Shown here: positions 11,986-28,779 of the stretch, in pieces
Layout: each line of letters starts with the position of its first letter
Numbering within the stretch: the first letter of the stretch is position 1
Assembly: GCF_009914755.1 (NCBI RefSeq)
Contig: NC_060936.1
DNA from: the human T2T-CHM13v2.0 reference genome, Homo sapiens
DNA: 64,000 bases
Direction: 5' to 3' (one strand)
Translations under genes and position numbers: made by a program
The notes under the pieces: model-generated
Databases searched by the model: none
What the model saw: only the letters and a program-made list of their open reading frames with translations
What the model was told of the DNA's origin: nothing

Positions 11986-14807
11986 ATTCTCTTAAGTCTT
12001 TGTTAGAAGATGATGAAAATGCTTGGCTTGTGTCAATGTAACCAAATTTCCACTTAAAATGTACTCTAAAGGCAATGGCAAGGAAGGGAGTGAGATTTGT
12101 GTGTACTTTTTAGAAGCTGACATTTTAAAAATACATTTTAAAAAATAAACCCAAAATATGTCAAATAATCTGAAAGAATTTGAGAGGAAACAAAAAATTG
12201 ACCATTTGGGGGACCATTTGATTGTTACTTTTAGCATTTGTTTGGAGCGGGAAAATCAGAGTGGGGTGGAGGTGACTCTGGGGATAGCATGTCCAGGCCT
12301 CTGGAGCACATAGAGGTTCTGCTGTCCAATTAGGGGTCCCATCTTTGTGCCACCCCCAAGAGACAACACATGAGGCCTTCAGAATCCAAGACAGAGTAAT
12401 AGTGTCCTGGCTGGTCAGAATTATGTCAGCCTCAGTGACACCGAGAAGGGTGTGATCTCTTCTAAAACATAGCAGAGTAATGAAAAATAGATAGCTCACT
12501 CTTGGTGCAAGCAAGCAGGAAAGTTTAAGTTTCCCTTTACCTTGGATCAAGGGTTCAGAGTTAGAAATTCAGAACATGCAAAAGGATTCAAAGAAACTTT
12601 CTTTGCTTTGACAGGTGAACACAGCAAGAAGAGAATTGACATTGTCTTGGTGGCTAATCATGAAGCACATGGTTTTGTTGTTCTACTAATTGGCTTGTCA
12701 CTCTGTCCTCAGATGTCAACATTGGTTTATCACATCATATTCCTCCTGACACATCTCCTTCCCTCAGAAGGATGAGTCCATTAGTTATGCACCAACTATC
12801 AGAAACTTTTGCATTGCTGGAGTTGAAGAACAAGTTTTTCACTTGTGTCAGGTGATGAAGACAAAGTGTTGATTTTTTGTTCAGAGATAGAAGAAAACAA
12901 TTCTGAGATACAGTGAGAAGCTCGGAAGAAGTAACCCAGTATCTAAGCAAAGAGAGGGATGTGGCTGGGAATTGCTGGAACAGACTGAGAAACACCTGAA
13001 TTTTAATTAAGCACCATTACTGAAAATCACAACACTACTATTTTGTGGAAAATAGTTGAGTTACATGTGTTTAAAAATATATATATATGTTTATATATAT
13101 ACATAAAACATTGTATGTTATATACGTAATATAACATTATATATAGATAATATGATGTGATAAACCAAAGTTGTGGGTTATAATGAAAGACTACTTTATT
13201 TTGTTGCTCAAATTGATGCAACTCTAGCCGTTATATATGTATGTAAACATATATGTATATATAGTTTGTTTTAGAAAAAAATTACATTTACAGAAAACTT
13301 TCAAAAAATCTTAGGGAGAGTTCCCATGTACTTCTCTTGGCTATGACACTTTCTCAGACTTTCCTTTTTCATGATAACCTTTACAGTTTTGAGGAGAGCA
13401 CTGGCTATGAATTTGTAGAATTTCCCTCAATTGGGTTTTGTCTGATTTTTTAAATAATTAGATGAGGGTTATGTGTTTTGGGGAGGAAGCCCTCAGAGGT
13501 AAAGTCCATTCTTAACATTGCATCACTGATGTCATGTCAAGGGTGCACATCACCATGAGTTATCCCTGTTGAGGGTAATCTCGATCTTCTGATGAGCCAG
13601 TGTCTTGCAAGCTTCTCCACTGTAAAATTACTCTTTTCCTTTATTTCCATACTCTACTCTTGGGAATGAAGTTGCCATATACAGCCCAGCCTTGACAAGG
13701 CTGGGGATGGTTATACTCCCAGCCTTTGAGGGCAGAATTCTCCCATAAGCTATTTGGAATCCTTCTGAATGGGAAATTATTTATTCTCACAATTTACTTA
13801 TTCAATCATGTATTTATATTAGTATGGACACATGGATATTTATGTTGTGGGTTACAATGAAAGACTACTTTATTTTGTTGCTCAAATTGTTCCAACTCTA
13901 GCCATTGAGATTTCTTTTAGTTAGTTCCTGTGTTGCTTCCATATAACCTCACTTTACATCTTTTTCTTAATTTTTGAACACTTTCTTTCATGCCCTGCAA
14001 GAGGCCCCAGGTTCATTCTATATCTCTCCTGACCTGGTCATATAATCAGGCATTTCTCCAAGGAATCATTTTTCATTTTACTGGAGAATGACATTAGAAA
14101 GCAACCTTTGAGCACTAGGTGTGTTCATTGTTGTCAATATCATTGCTTCTTGGCCTCTCCACTGACAGAGCATATAAATCTACATGTGTATACTAACCTG
14201 TGCACATATACATATCTATAAATATCTTAGATTTATTTGTATTTATATTAAGATAAGCATGAATACATGCTGATATCTCCAACTCTAATCCATTACTACG
14301 CAAATCACTCTGTTCTCTTTCCCTTCATTATCTGTAACCGTCCATGCCAACACTGAGAATCCTGCATCTCAGCATCTTCCCTTTGCTTATTTTTTCAATT
14401 CCTATACATCTATATACTGTGATCATAATTTTAAACCAGCACTTCATATGGAAGATACATTTATCAACCAAGGTATAGTGCTTACGTACAGGTTTTTATG
14501 CCTATAGACTTACAGATTCCACTAACTTTCAACTTCCACCCCACTCAGTGAGGTGGTTTCATGTATTTTCAATACAGTTACATGTTCTTTCTCCGCTTTC
14601 TCCATTTCTTCTTGGGTTTCTCCAAATCTTTACATGATTTTTAACATTTTTATATGTGAACATTAACTCTTTGTGCTGTTGAGTCCTATAGATTTTGATG
14701 AATGTTACATATCCACCATTACAATATCATGCAGAATAGCTTTATGGCCATCAACTATTCCCTGTGCTTCCACTCTCTCCTTCTTTTTCAAACTCTTGCA
14801 ACCACTG

Positions 14808-15118
<311 letters not shown>

Positions 15119-15619
15119 GATATTTTTAACTGTCATCATAATTTTGTCTTTTCCAGAATGTCACATAAATGGAATAATAGATTTTGTAGCCTATTTTATA
15201 CTGGATTTCTTTCACTTAGCAATATACATTTTAGTTTTGCCCACGTGTTTCAAGATGTACCATATGTCTGATATCTCATGTGTTTCTCTCCGTGGATAAT
15301 ATTCTGTTGCATGGTATGGATGTACAGCAACTTATTTATCCATTCACCTAGTGTATGGTTCCTTCTGGTTTTTAGCAATTATTCATAATCATCTAAAAAC
15401 ACTCACTTTTCCATAGACATAAAATTTCAAATCAGTTGAAATGTGCTTGTTTTTATATGTTAATACCTAGGAATTTGCTTGTTTTTATATGTTAATAATA
15501 TATCTTGTTTTGTAAGAAACTGTCAAATTTTCTTTGAAATGGCTATACTGTTTTGCATTTCCACTAGGAATAAACAACAGCTTCCTGTTGCTCTGCATCT
15601 TTTCCAGGAATTGGTTTTT

Positions 15620-15845
15620 GTATTAGTTCCCTAAAACTACTATAAGGCAGTACCACAGACTGCATGGTTTAGAACAGCAGGGATTTATCTTCCGACGTTC
15701 TGGGGTCCAGGTATCTGACATCAAGATGTCAACAGAACCATGCTCCCTCTGAAAGCATTAGAAAGAACCCAAGCCATGCTTCTCTCCCAGTTTCAGGTAG
15801 CTTCGGGCATCCCTTTGCTTGCAGATGTGTCACTCCAGTCCTGAC
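15620..15845 (-). mobile_element. MLT1 LTR fragment
   Basis: tgtattagttccc...taccacagactg...ccatgctccctctgaa. Confidence 0.6.
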
Positions 15846-15946
15846 TCCATCATATGCTTACTGGTCATTGGTATGTCTTTTTTAATGAAGTGTCTGTTCA
15901 GATTGCTTACCCACGTTTTAACTAGTTTTTGCCCGTATTTTTTGGC

Positions 15947-16300
15947 AAAAAGGAATGAATTAATGGCATTCACAGCAACCTGCATGGAACTAGAACTAGA
16001 GACTATTATTCTAAGTGAAGTAGCTCAGGAATGGAAAACCAAAAATCTTATGTTCTCACACATAAGTGGCACCTAAGCTATAAAGATACAAAGGCATAAG
16101 AATGACACAGTGGACTTTGGGGACTCAGGGAAAAGGGTGGGAAGAGGGTGAGGGATAAAAGATGACGAATTGGGTGCAGTGTATACTGTTCAGGTGATGG
16201 GTGCATCAAAATCTCACAAATCATCACCAAATAACTTACTCATGTAACCAAATACCACCTGTTCCCCAAAAACCTATGGAAATATAAAATTTAAAAAAAA
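15947..16300 (+). mobile_element. L1PB-type 3' end (5'-truncated)
   Basis: aatgaattaatggcattcacagcaacc...ggcataagaatgacacagtggactttggggactc...ccccaaaaacctatggaaat plus A tail. Confidence 0.8.
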
Positions 16301-19016
16301 TATTTAAATGTCATCTATCTATCTATATATATATTCAATAAGTATTTTTAAATATTTTGTGTCCCAGTCTGTGACTTGTCTTTTTATTTTCTAAACAGTG
16401 TCTTGTTGCACAGAAGTTTCTAATCTCAGTGACATCCAACAAATCAGTTTTTTCTTTCATGAATTGTGCTTTTGGTGTTTTAACTATGAAGCAAAATCCA
16501 CCTAGATTTTCTTCTATGTTACCATTTTCGACAAAAAAATTTAAGTGTATGTTTAATATTTAGGTTTATAATAATTTTAAGCAGATTTTTGTTAAAAGTG
16601 TAAGGCCTGTGTCTGGATTCATCTTTTGCATATTTATGTCCGTTGTTCCAGCATCATGTGTTGGAAACACTATCCTTCTCAATAGGATTGCATCTTTGTT
16701 TTTGTCGAAGATCAGTGCACTACATTTATGTGGGCCTATTTCTGGACTTTTCTTTCTGTTCCATTATCTATTTCTCTATTACTGTTATTATTTTCTGCTA
16801 ATGCTACTTGATTACTGTAGCTATATAAGTTTTGAACTCAGGGAGTGTTAGGTCTCTGACTTTGTTCTTTTTCAATATTGTGTTGCCTATTCTGAGTTTT
16901 TTCTTTTCTCATATAAATTTAGAAAAAATTCGTCAATATCCACAAAAAAAACCTTAATAATATTTTGACTGAAATTGAAAATAATCTGTAGATCAAATTC
17001 AGGAGAACTAACATTTTAACCATATTTTCTTTCTATCCATGAACACGGATAAAATCATCATTTAATTAGTTCTTTACTTTCTTTCATCAGAGCTTTATAG
17101 TTTTTCTTATATTAATCCTGTACTTAGTATGTTAGATTTTTCCCTAAATATTTCATTTTTGGTGCTAACGTCAATAATAGGTTTTTAATTTCAAAATCCA
17201 AGTTTTCATCACTGGTATACCGAACTGTAATTGAATTAATCTATGAGCTTTGTATCTTGCAACCTCATTATAATCACTTGTTAATTCCAAGAGTGTTTTG
17301 TTGTTGTTGATTCTTTGGAATTTTCTTCATAGACAACCATGTCATCTTTGGGAGAAAATACAGTTTTAAAGTTTTATTTCTTTCTTTCAAATCTATATCC
17401 TTTAAAAACCTTTCCTTATCTTATTACCTTAGTCCTTCAAGTACAATGTGGAGTAGATGTGGTGAGAAGGGGCATCTTTGCCTTATTCCTGATCTTAGGG
17501 GGTTGGCATGGAAGCAACATCCTTCCCACATCAGGAATGAGCTCTGGCAAATTATTTTTCTTGAAGATAATTTCTTTGTTATGGGGAACACCCTGGAAAT
17601 ATTTCACGATGATTATTCTTTCTCTCCCACTGCCAGAGCCATTAGAGGATTTTTTCTCTGATCTTCACCATAAGAATATAGAGGGATTTCTGGAAGTAAA
17701 ATCCATGAAAAGGTGCATCTGGCCCCATGTAATATACCCCAGTTTCTGACTCTCACACAATCCACACTCAGCCACCAGAATTGCCATTTAAGTATTTATG
17801 CCAATTAATGGCACCCAGAGTCTTCTGCCCAAGTAAGCAGATCTCGGCTATGACTCTCTCCATTCACCTCCCTCTCCAGACTTTAGGGTGAAGGTTACCC
17901 TGAAACTTCAGGTCCCATGGGTTAGAAAAAATTTACTGGTGTTAACTTCATTCACCTTTTACTTTTTGTAAGAATGGGAGTCAAGACTTCTAAGTTCTTT
18001 ACATGTCACAGCTGAAACTAGAAGTTTATATTATTTTTTGAATGCTGATGGCAACATACTAATTCAGTTTCATGACCCACTAATAGGTCTTGACCGACAA
18101 CACAAAGATAGATAACGTCTCAAGAAACTTCCCTGCTTTTGGCTCCTGCATGGAGATCTCTAACAGACAGAACACATTAAGAGGGAAATAAATACATTTA
18201 CTTTCTCCATTTTTACTTCAAGTATAAAGTGGGTATAGTTTATTTTCAATGTGTTTGCATAATATGAGTCCTTTATTGATTGAGAAAAAAATAATTATCA
18301 AGACTAGGGTAATAAAATACTTTGCAGTTAAGGTCCTACCTGCCTGGAGCTGCCATCCTGTGGTTATAAATTTGATTGCTCAAATGTCATTATTTGGGAT
18401 GGATTTTTAAAATGTCTTTTAAAACCACAGTCAGTATATTTAGAGTCTCTCTTGAAACTATCAAGTTTGAGGTCCCAACTGGTTAAAGGAAAGAAAAGTT
18501 GCAAATCGTAACCATCTTCCATGCAGAGTCAAGGGCATCAGCCTATTCAAAATCCTCCTTGGAATTTCAGGGCTTTGGGTTTTACAATCCTTTGTATTTT
18601 AGTCTGTGTATCTACATAGACTTCAATGGCTCTTTTTGGAGCTGAGTCCCAGAAAATGTGGTGCCAGTAGACCCTCCATTAAGCTTCCTAGATGGAAAGT
18701 CAACTGTAATAAAGTAAGAACTATTTATTAACTTATTTTTAAGTTGTAAAAGCAAGATATGTTCCTTGCCAAAAATGTTTGATAGAGTGTCCAAGAAAGC
18801 AGATATATTTTGCCCATTCTAGCACTGTTAACATTTTGTGAACATTTTTTATGACTTTTTCTATGCATATCTATTTCCGAAGTGGATTTATATTATACGG
18901 TGAACAACAAGAACCAAAATTTGAGCTTATACAAATTTAACTCTTATGTTCCCTACTGAGAAAGGGAGAGAGAGATACATTTTGTATGACAGATGATTCT
19001 GTTCTTTCTTCCACTC

Positions 19017-20055
19017 AACGAATGCCTCAGAGTTTGATGAGGGTGGAGGTGTGAACAAATGCCTCAGAGTGTGATGAGGGTGGAGGTGTAAACGAATGCC
19101 TCAGAGTGTGATGAGGGTGGAGGTGTGAATACATGCCTCAGAGTGTGATGAGGGTGGAGGTGTGAACAAATGCCTCAGAGTGTGATGAAGGTGGAGGTGT
19201 GAACGAATGCCTCAGAGTGTGATGAGGGTGGAGGTGTGAATACATGCCTCAGAGTGTGATGAGGGTGGAGGTGTGAACGAATGCCTCAGAGTGAGATGAG
19301 GGTGGAGGTGTGAATACATGCCTCAGAGTGTGATGAGGGTGGAGGTGTGAACGAATGCCTCAGAGTGAGATGAGGGTGGAGGTGTGAACGAATGCCTCAG
19401 AGTGTGATGAAGGTGGAGGTGTGAACGAATGCCTCAGAGTGTGATGAGGGTGGAGGTGTGAACGAATGCCTCAGAGTGTGATGAGGGTGGAGGTGTGAAC
19501 GAATGCCTCAGAGTGTGATGAAGGTGGAGGTGTGAACGAATGCCTCAGAGTGTGATGAGGGTGGAGGTGTGAACGAATGCCTCAGAGTGTGATGAAGGTG
19601 GAGGTGTGAACGAATGCCTCAGAGTGTGATGAAGGTGGAGGTGTGAACGAATGCCTCAGAGTGTGATGAGGGTGGGGGTATGAATACATGCCTCAGAGTG
19701 TGATGAGGGTGGAGGTGTGAACGAATGCCTCAGAGTGTGATGAAGGTGGAGGTGTGAACGAATGCCTCAGAGTGTGATGAGGGTGGAGGTGTGAATACAT
19801 GCCTCAGAGTGTGATGAGGGTGGAGGTGTGAACGAATGCCTCAGAGTGTGATGAGGGTGGAGGTGTGAATACATGCCTCAGAGTGTGATGAGGGTGGAGG
19901 TGTGAACGAATGCCTCAGAGTGTGATGAAGGTGGAGGTGTGAACGAATGCCTCAGAGTGTGATGAGGGTGGAGGTGTGAATACATGCCTCAGAGTGTGAT
20001 GAGGGTGGAGGTGTGAACGAATGCCTCAGAGTGTGATGAGGGTGGGGGTGTGAAT
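19017..20055 (+). repeat. 37-bp minisatellite (VNTR), ~28 copies, unit GAATGCCTCAGAGTGTGATGAGGGTGGAGGTGTGAAC
   Basis: Directly visible; period measured from ATGCC at 19022 and 19059. Confidence 0.97.
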
Positions 20056-20679
20056 CTCATGTTCCTTCACATGAATGGCATGAACTGAAGGCCTCTCTCT
20101 GTGTGAGCTGTCCGTGACATTAAGCACATTCCTGTGTTCTGGAGGAAAGGAAAATGATTTTCAAATAAACACTTGACCACATACAACTTCCATTTTTCAC
20201 CTTGTAAAGTTTTGAAGGGAGGATATTCAATTTCCATCATGTTTTGCTTTGTTTTGTTTTGCTTTCCTGTAGTGAGCTTCTTCCTCATTTATGCTGAGGA
20301 TAGTAAGTGCCTCTTTCCATCTTGTTCTCCCTGCATCCCTCATCTCTGCCCTTGAAGAGAGTGATTGACATGACAGCTAAGCCTGGGATCAGGAACTAAG
20401 CATGTTCAGAACAGCCATTCATCACTTTCTTTTCAGAGTTGCGGGCCTCTCCCCAACTCTGTGGGGAAGAGTATTGGCATGGCCTGTGCCTGTCAGGAGA
20501 GGCCAGAGTTCTGGTGGGAGGTCCACTTAGGATACCTGACTGTGTGCACAGGCCAGGGACATCCTCTGATAGAGTTCTACCATTAATAAATCTGATAGAC
20601 TTGTCTGTACCTGTCTGGTTCCTGTGTCTACCTCCCTATCGTAGGTGGTGTCTACCAGCCATAAGGAGTGCTAGTTATC

Positions 20680-21635
<956 letters not shown>

Positions 21636-21939
21636 TGAAGACCTGTTACTCCCCTACTTACGTTTTTATCTCATTTCACAGTGCCCTTTTGTTTGCTTTT
21701 CATTTGTTAACAAAATCTCAGGCAGCCTAACTTCTTTCCGGTGGCCAAACCGATGTATCTTCCTCCAAATATGGTTTCAAACTCTATTTCCAGCCAACTT
21801 GTAATTACACACAGCTGTTGGCAAGTCCTCATGGTTGTTGGCCAGAGACATCATTTTCTTGCAACATGGGATTCTTTATTGGGCTGGTTAGCACATGGCA
21901 GCTTGATTTTCTCAGAGCAAGTGAGTGAGAGAGCAGATC

Positions 21940-23740
<1,801 letters not shown>

Positions 23741-24595
23741 GAGGTACTATATTATGAAACAAGGTATAAGTAATAAAGTAGCCAAGGTCTTAGCATCACG
23801 TGAGATGAGGATATTTAACATCTGTCATATCAACTGAAAAATTTAAGAGTGGTAAGTGTAATTTTTGTGTGTTGTATTTCCATTTGGGGGATGTGAGGAA
23901 TAAAGCTGTAATCATGCTTGAAAGTTATTATGCCAATTTTGGTTATATTTAACATTATTGCTGGTTTCAATCATGACGCTAATCCACCTGCCTCATTTCC
24001 CACCATCTGTTTTGTACCACCTGACCTCCCAGAAATCCCACACTTGATAGCCCAGGATTATCACTATCCTAAGATACTGACACACATTTTGAATTGTTTT
24101 CATTAATTAGAATTCTCATCCAGTAAAAATCACTTAACCCAGGCTGCAGTAATTGCAAACTAGGATGTTGATTTACTGTATAACCAGAGGGTTTGCTAAA
24201 AATTGAGTAGGATTTTATGAAAAGTGTTTGACCTACTTGAGTAAACAGACTTGGAGATCAATTAATGATTGCTTTTGATTAGGAGAGTATCTCACATGTT
24301 CACAAGACTCAGCATGATCTTCTCAGAACATCTCTGTTATGTCTAGGTACTAAGGTTTTATTTTGTAAGCACTTTCTTAGTACAGATATTATATTTGAAC
24401 AGCACTATGAACTTTTCTACGAACTTGCACATGTCCTTTTAACACTGAATTTTAAAACAACCACAGCAAGTGACATCATTATTGTTTTTGAGTGGGTGAA
24501 GTCTAGCCCAGGAATGCAGAAGTAACAGTGAAGGTGTGACAATTTCTACTCAGTTTACTGTAGAATTTCCACTTTGGTCATAAAGCAAAGTTGTC

Positions 24596-25015
24596 TTTCT
24601 TTTTGACAGGATTTTTCTCTGTTTTCCAGGCTGGAGGGCAGTGGCTTGAGTAAGCTCACGGCAGCCTCAAACTCCTTGGCTCAAGGGATCCTGCCTCAGT
24701 CTCTCAGGTAGCTGGGACTACAGGCACACAACACACTATGCCTGGCTACATTTTAAATTCTATTTTGGTAGAGATGGGCGCTCACTATGTTGACCGGGCT
24801 GGTCTTGAACTCCTGACCCCAAGTTATCCTCCTGCCTTGGCCCCCCAAAGTGCTAGGAATACAGGCACACGTCACCACACTCAGCTATTTATTTTATTTT
24901 TGTAGAATTGGGGTCTCACTATGTTGCCTGAGTGGGTCTTCAACTCCTGGGTTCCAGCAATACACTTCAGCCTCCCAAAATGCTGGGATTATAGGCATGA
25001 GCCATCTTGCCTGAA
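24596..25015 (-). mobile_element. AluJ plus adjacent Alu left-monomer fragment
   Basis: Degenerate Alu dimer followed by a partial monomer. Confidence 0.8.
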
Positions 25016-25440
25016 AAAGTTTTCTGTTCACATCCCCAAACCTCCAAAGATGTCTAAACTCTTCACCCCTCTGTTGACAGCACTTGTCTCTGTCTGAGAC
25101 TGCTGGTGAGAAAACATCCACAGGTCACAGGACAACGGGGCAGAGGGGGCCCCATTCAAGGATAGCTCAGTGTTGAGTAGCTTACATGCTGCCGCTCCAT
25201 TAGGGACTTCTATCCCTGGGGCCCTCCCAGGCTCTTCATTGCTTTCCCTTCTCCTCTTAGTCTCTCCTCTTCTTTGCAACTACCTGCTCCTCCAGCTCTT
25301 CTATTTCCCGTCTTTGGAATCAAAAAAGCCACTCCACCAACAGGCATCTGGAATTTTCTGTCTCAAATATATGTCTTTTTTGAATGTTTATGTCCTCTTC
25401 TGTGTGTGGTGTGGGAGGGAAAGATGCCTTCTGGGATACA

Positions 25441-26175
25441 TGTAAGAAACACAACAAAAAGGAAATATTCCTAAAAATACACAGATTAATACTTTAAGAT
25501 TTAACCCTGGCTCAGGTCCTAGAACCTGATCTAGTTATGACGGCTGTGTTCCATGTTGTCCGCTGTAATCTAGACAGGGTTAATGTCCTCCTCAGCTTGA
25601 TTAAACCTTATCCAGACCGTCCTGACTCTAGGCTTTTTTCCTCTCACCCAGACCTTACAGAACCCAGGTGGCCCAAACACAGAGGCCCCTTCCCTCCCTT
25701 TTTATAGAGCATTTACTTTAGAAAACATGCAATTGTACATTCTTTTTCTGCCCCTTTGAGATGTAAATCTTTTATAAAGTCTCCTGCCAGTTTTATAATC
25801 CAGCAATATCTTTCTCAAGGACCTGGGAACCATTGATTTGAAATAAGATCATCCAGGAAGATAAAGTCCCATCTCCCAGTCTCTGTGGGAGAAAAGGATC
25901 CTAGCTTGGGTGGGAGTCTCGCTCTAAGCTGTAAAACTCACTCCTGTTACAAAGACAGGAGAAAGTTTGCTCTTTGATTTTCTTAATTTTTTTTTTATTC
26001 AAAGAGCAAACACAGACGGCCTGTGTTTTCCCCTTTACTCTCATATTTAAAAATCCTCACAACCTTTGTTTTAGCTGAGTTGAGCTCAGTCTAAGTTCTG
26101 GCCCTTCTCTCCTATTGCACAAGTCATGCATTAAACAAGTCTGTTTAATTTTGCCTAGTGCAATTTCTGCTTTGT
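25441..26175 (+). mobile_element. ERV1 solo LTR, MER34/MER39-like
   Basis: tgtaag start; ctcaaggacctgggaaccatt..ttgaaat...catctcccagtctctgtggga; ATTAAA near 3' end. Confidence 0.6.
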
Positions 26176-27224
26176 GGATTGTAAGTAACTGATTGGCTCT
26201 GGCCTCTGAGAATAGGAGCATGTTCAGGAGGATGTGTAGGCACAGCCATGTGGTGGCATGGCGGGAGACTAGCACTGGGGGTGGTAGAAACCAACAAAGC
26301 TCCAGAGATAAAGAAAGAGGAAACAGAAAACATGGAATATTCTGTCTGGTTTGTTATTACACAGACCATGTGAGCCAATTCTGCTGTCACTACCACTGTG
26401 GCGATGGAAAATGACCTCTGAGTGACCACTCTGGCCTTGAGTCATGTGGGGTTAATTAGTTCTTTCATAACACAATCCTTTTTGTGTTTCCACCCCAAAT
26501 TTTGTGTTCTCTGTGACTTACACTTAATACATATCATAAATTAAGTGCAAAACAAATAAACCCATCTCATCAGAGTACTATGATCCTGCTGGAATGAAGT
26601 GCATTAAATGTGGTTTCGTGAAAGAAAAAAAGTTTACCAAAACGTGGTGTTTTTTGATAAATTGAGTTTGGGTCTCATATTTTTAGGAGCGCACACAGGG
26701 AGGCAGACTAGTGATGTGGTTTGAAATGTGGCCTCTAAAGCCAAATTGCCTGAGTTTGAATTTTATGTCTTCCAATTACTATTTTTATAAACCTTAACTC
26801 CTTCATGTCTGTCTCTCACCTTTAAAAAGGAATAATAAAAATAGTAACCTCATAGGGTTGCTGTGAGGATTAAATGGACTCAATACATGCAAAGCAAGCT
26901 CATGTGAAGGGCCACTTGAGTGTTAGCTCTTATCGTGATGTGTGAAAACTGAATAAACAGAATGGCTATGTGATGAATTAATTCCATTTGTAACAGAATC
27001 TGAGCATTATCATGCTAATGTTGGCACTAAATGGATGGTTTTATGATCTTGAGCCCAGAGCGGAATGTGGTAGGTGAACACTCCAGACTACAGATTTTCT
27101 ACTAAAACCAGTACTTCACGCAGTGGCCAGGAGGGGACCAGTCTAAATGACAAGAATAGGCATTTGGATATCAATCAGAAAAGTTAATAACATAGGGCAA
27201 AAGCTGCCAGGGAAGCTGGGCTAA

Positions 27225-27352
27225 AGGCTGAGGCAGGAGAATCTCTTGAACTGGGGAGGCAGAGGTTGCAGTGGTTGAGATCATGCCATTGCACTCCAGC
27301 CTGGGCAACAAGAGTGAAAATCCATCTCAAAAAAAAAAAAAAAAAAAAAAAA
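27225..27352 (+). mobile_element. 5'-truncated Alu (right arm) with poly-A
   Basis: ggctgaggcaggagaatc...ccatctc followed by a long A tract. Confidence 0.85.
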
Positions 27353-27778
27353 ATTGGGTAGCTTGACATTTACAGAGGATAACTTTAGTGTAGATCTCAG
27401 CCCTGAGAGGAAATTGTTCTGTGTGCTTTTCTGCACTGTGCAGTAGAAGTGATCAATCAATGCTTCTCCTCCTTTTGCTCGAAGTAGAAAAGTCTAGCAG
27501 GTAAGACCTGACACAGAAGGACAACCTAGAAGGGATAGGCAACACAGATCATCAAGACACCTGGTATAAGGGAGGGTCATGAATTCCAGACACTTCCTAG
27601 CACAAATGAGTCTACTGAAGGAGTTATAGATGTGGACTCTGAAGGCAGAACACCTGCATTTGAATTCCAGCTCCACCACGTACTAGCAGTGTGGCATTGC
27701 AAGTTACTACGCCTCCTTTCTTGCCTGTGAAATAGGTATAATAAGAGTGTATACCCATAGCTGTTTATGAAGACTTAT

Positions 27779-28310
27779 TGTTAGAGGTGTTCAAACCAGA
27801 GCAACTCCATCTTGAGTGAGGGCTAAGAAAATGAGGCTGGGGCTTCCTGGGCTGCATTCCCAGGAAGTTAGGTATCCCTAGCCTCTAGATGTATATGGTT
27901 AAGGGAACAGATGGATAACATTACTAAACAGACCCAGACTTGAGAGTCCTGATATCCCGATATCTTTGAGAACAGAAACATTGCTAATTTTGCTTTAAAA
28001 ATCATAATATCAATCTTGCAAAATATAGGAATTAAGAAAATTAATCCTTTATCATAAATCCTTGTAGCAGAGCACATCTCCCCATGATCTTTTTTAATCC
28101 TGTATGTAAACAAGTATTTTACCTAGGGTGGATGCGTTCCTCCTCTTACTTCTGGGAATGCCCTACCTGTCTATGGAGTAGCTGTTCTTTTACCACTTAA
28201 CTTTCTTAATAAGCTTGCTCTTGCTTTGCACTGTGGACTCTTCCTGAATTCCTGTGTGAGATCCAAGAATCCTCTCTTGGCATCTGGATCGAGACCCCTT
28301 TCCTGTAACA
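27779..28310 (+). mobile_element. MER41-family ERV1 solo LTR inserted in a MIR
   Basis: tgttagaggtgttcaaaccagagcaactccatcttg start, tcctgtaaca end, near-TSD ttat/tgat. Confidence 0.85.
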
Positions 28311-28779
28311 TGATGATTTAACCCAAGTGTTACATTTCAGATAATGCCCTACTCAAAGCAAATGTTCAGTAAATATTTTCATCGTCATCATCATTATTAC
28401 CACTAGCTGATCTTCCCTTACCATTTCTCAATCTAGATTTCCTCATTGGTAAAATGGGTCATGATAATTTGCAAATACACAAGATCCATTCCTTTGACAA
28501 TTGTTTGAGTGGATACACTGTGCCGGGCACGGTTTAAGGTTCTGAGAATTCAGGCCTGAGCACTTAGAAAGTCAAACACACGGAGGTTACATTTTGGATG
28601 GGGAGTAGGGGCAGACAGAGGCATTCAGGACAGACTGTAAGCAAATAACTAACTAAATAAACAAAATAATAGAAAGTGCATCGCCCACAATAAACGGCGA
28701 GTAAATAGTATTCTCTTTAGCCACACATGAGGGAGTGAGATTGGGTAGGGACAGAGAAAGCAAAGGAAGCCTCTCTCAG

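Noticed and set aside
12600-12990. Possible exon after ctttgctttgacag
   Set aside because: No sustained reading frame or recognisable product; acceptor-like motifs are common
19017-20055. CRISPR-like array or coding repeat
   Set aside because: No unique spacers, eukaryotic context, and a 37-bp period with recurrent stops
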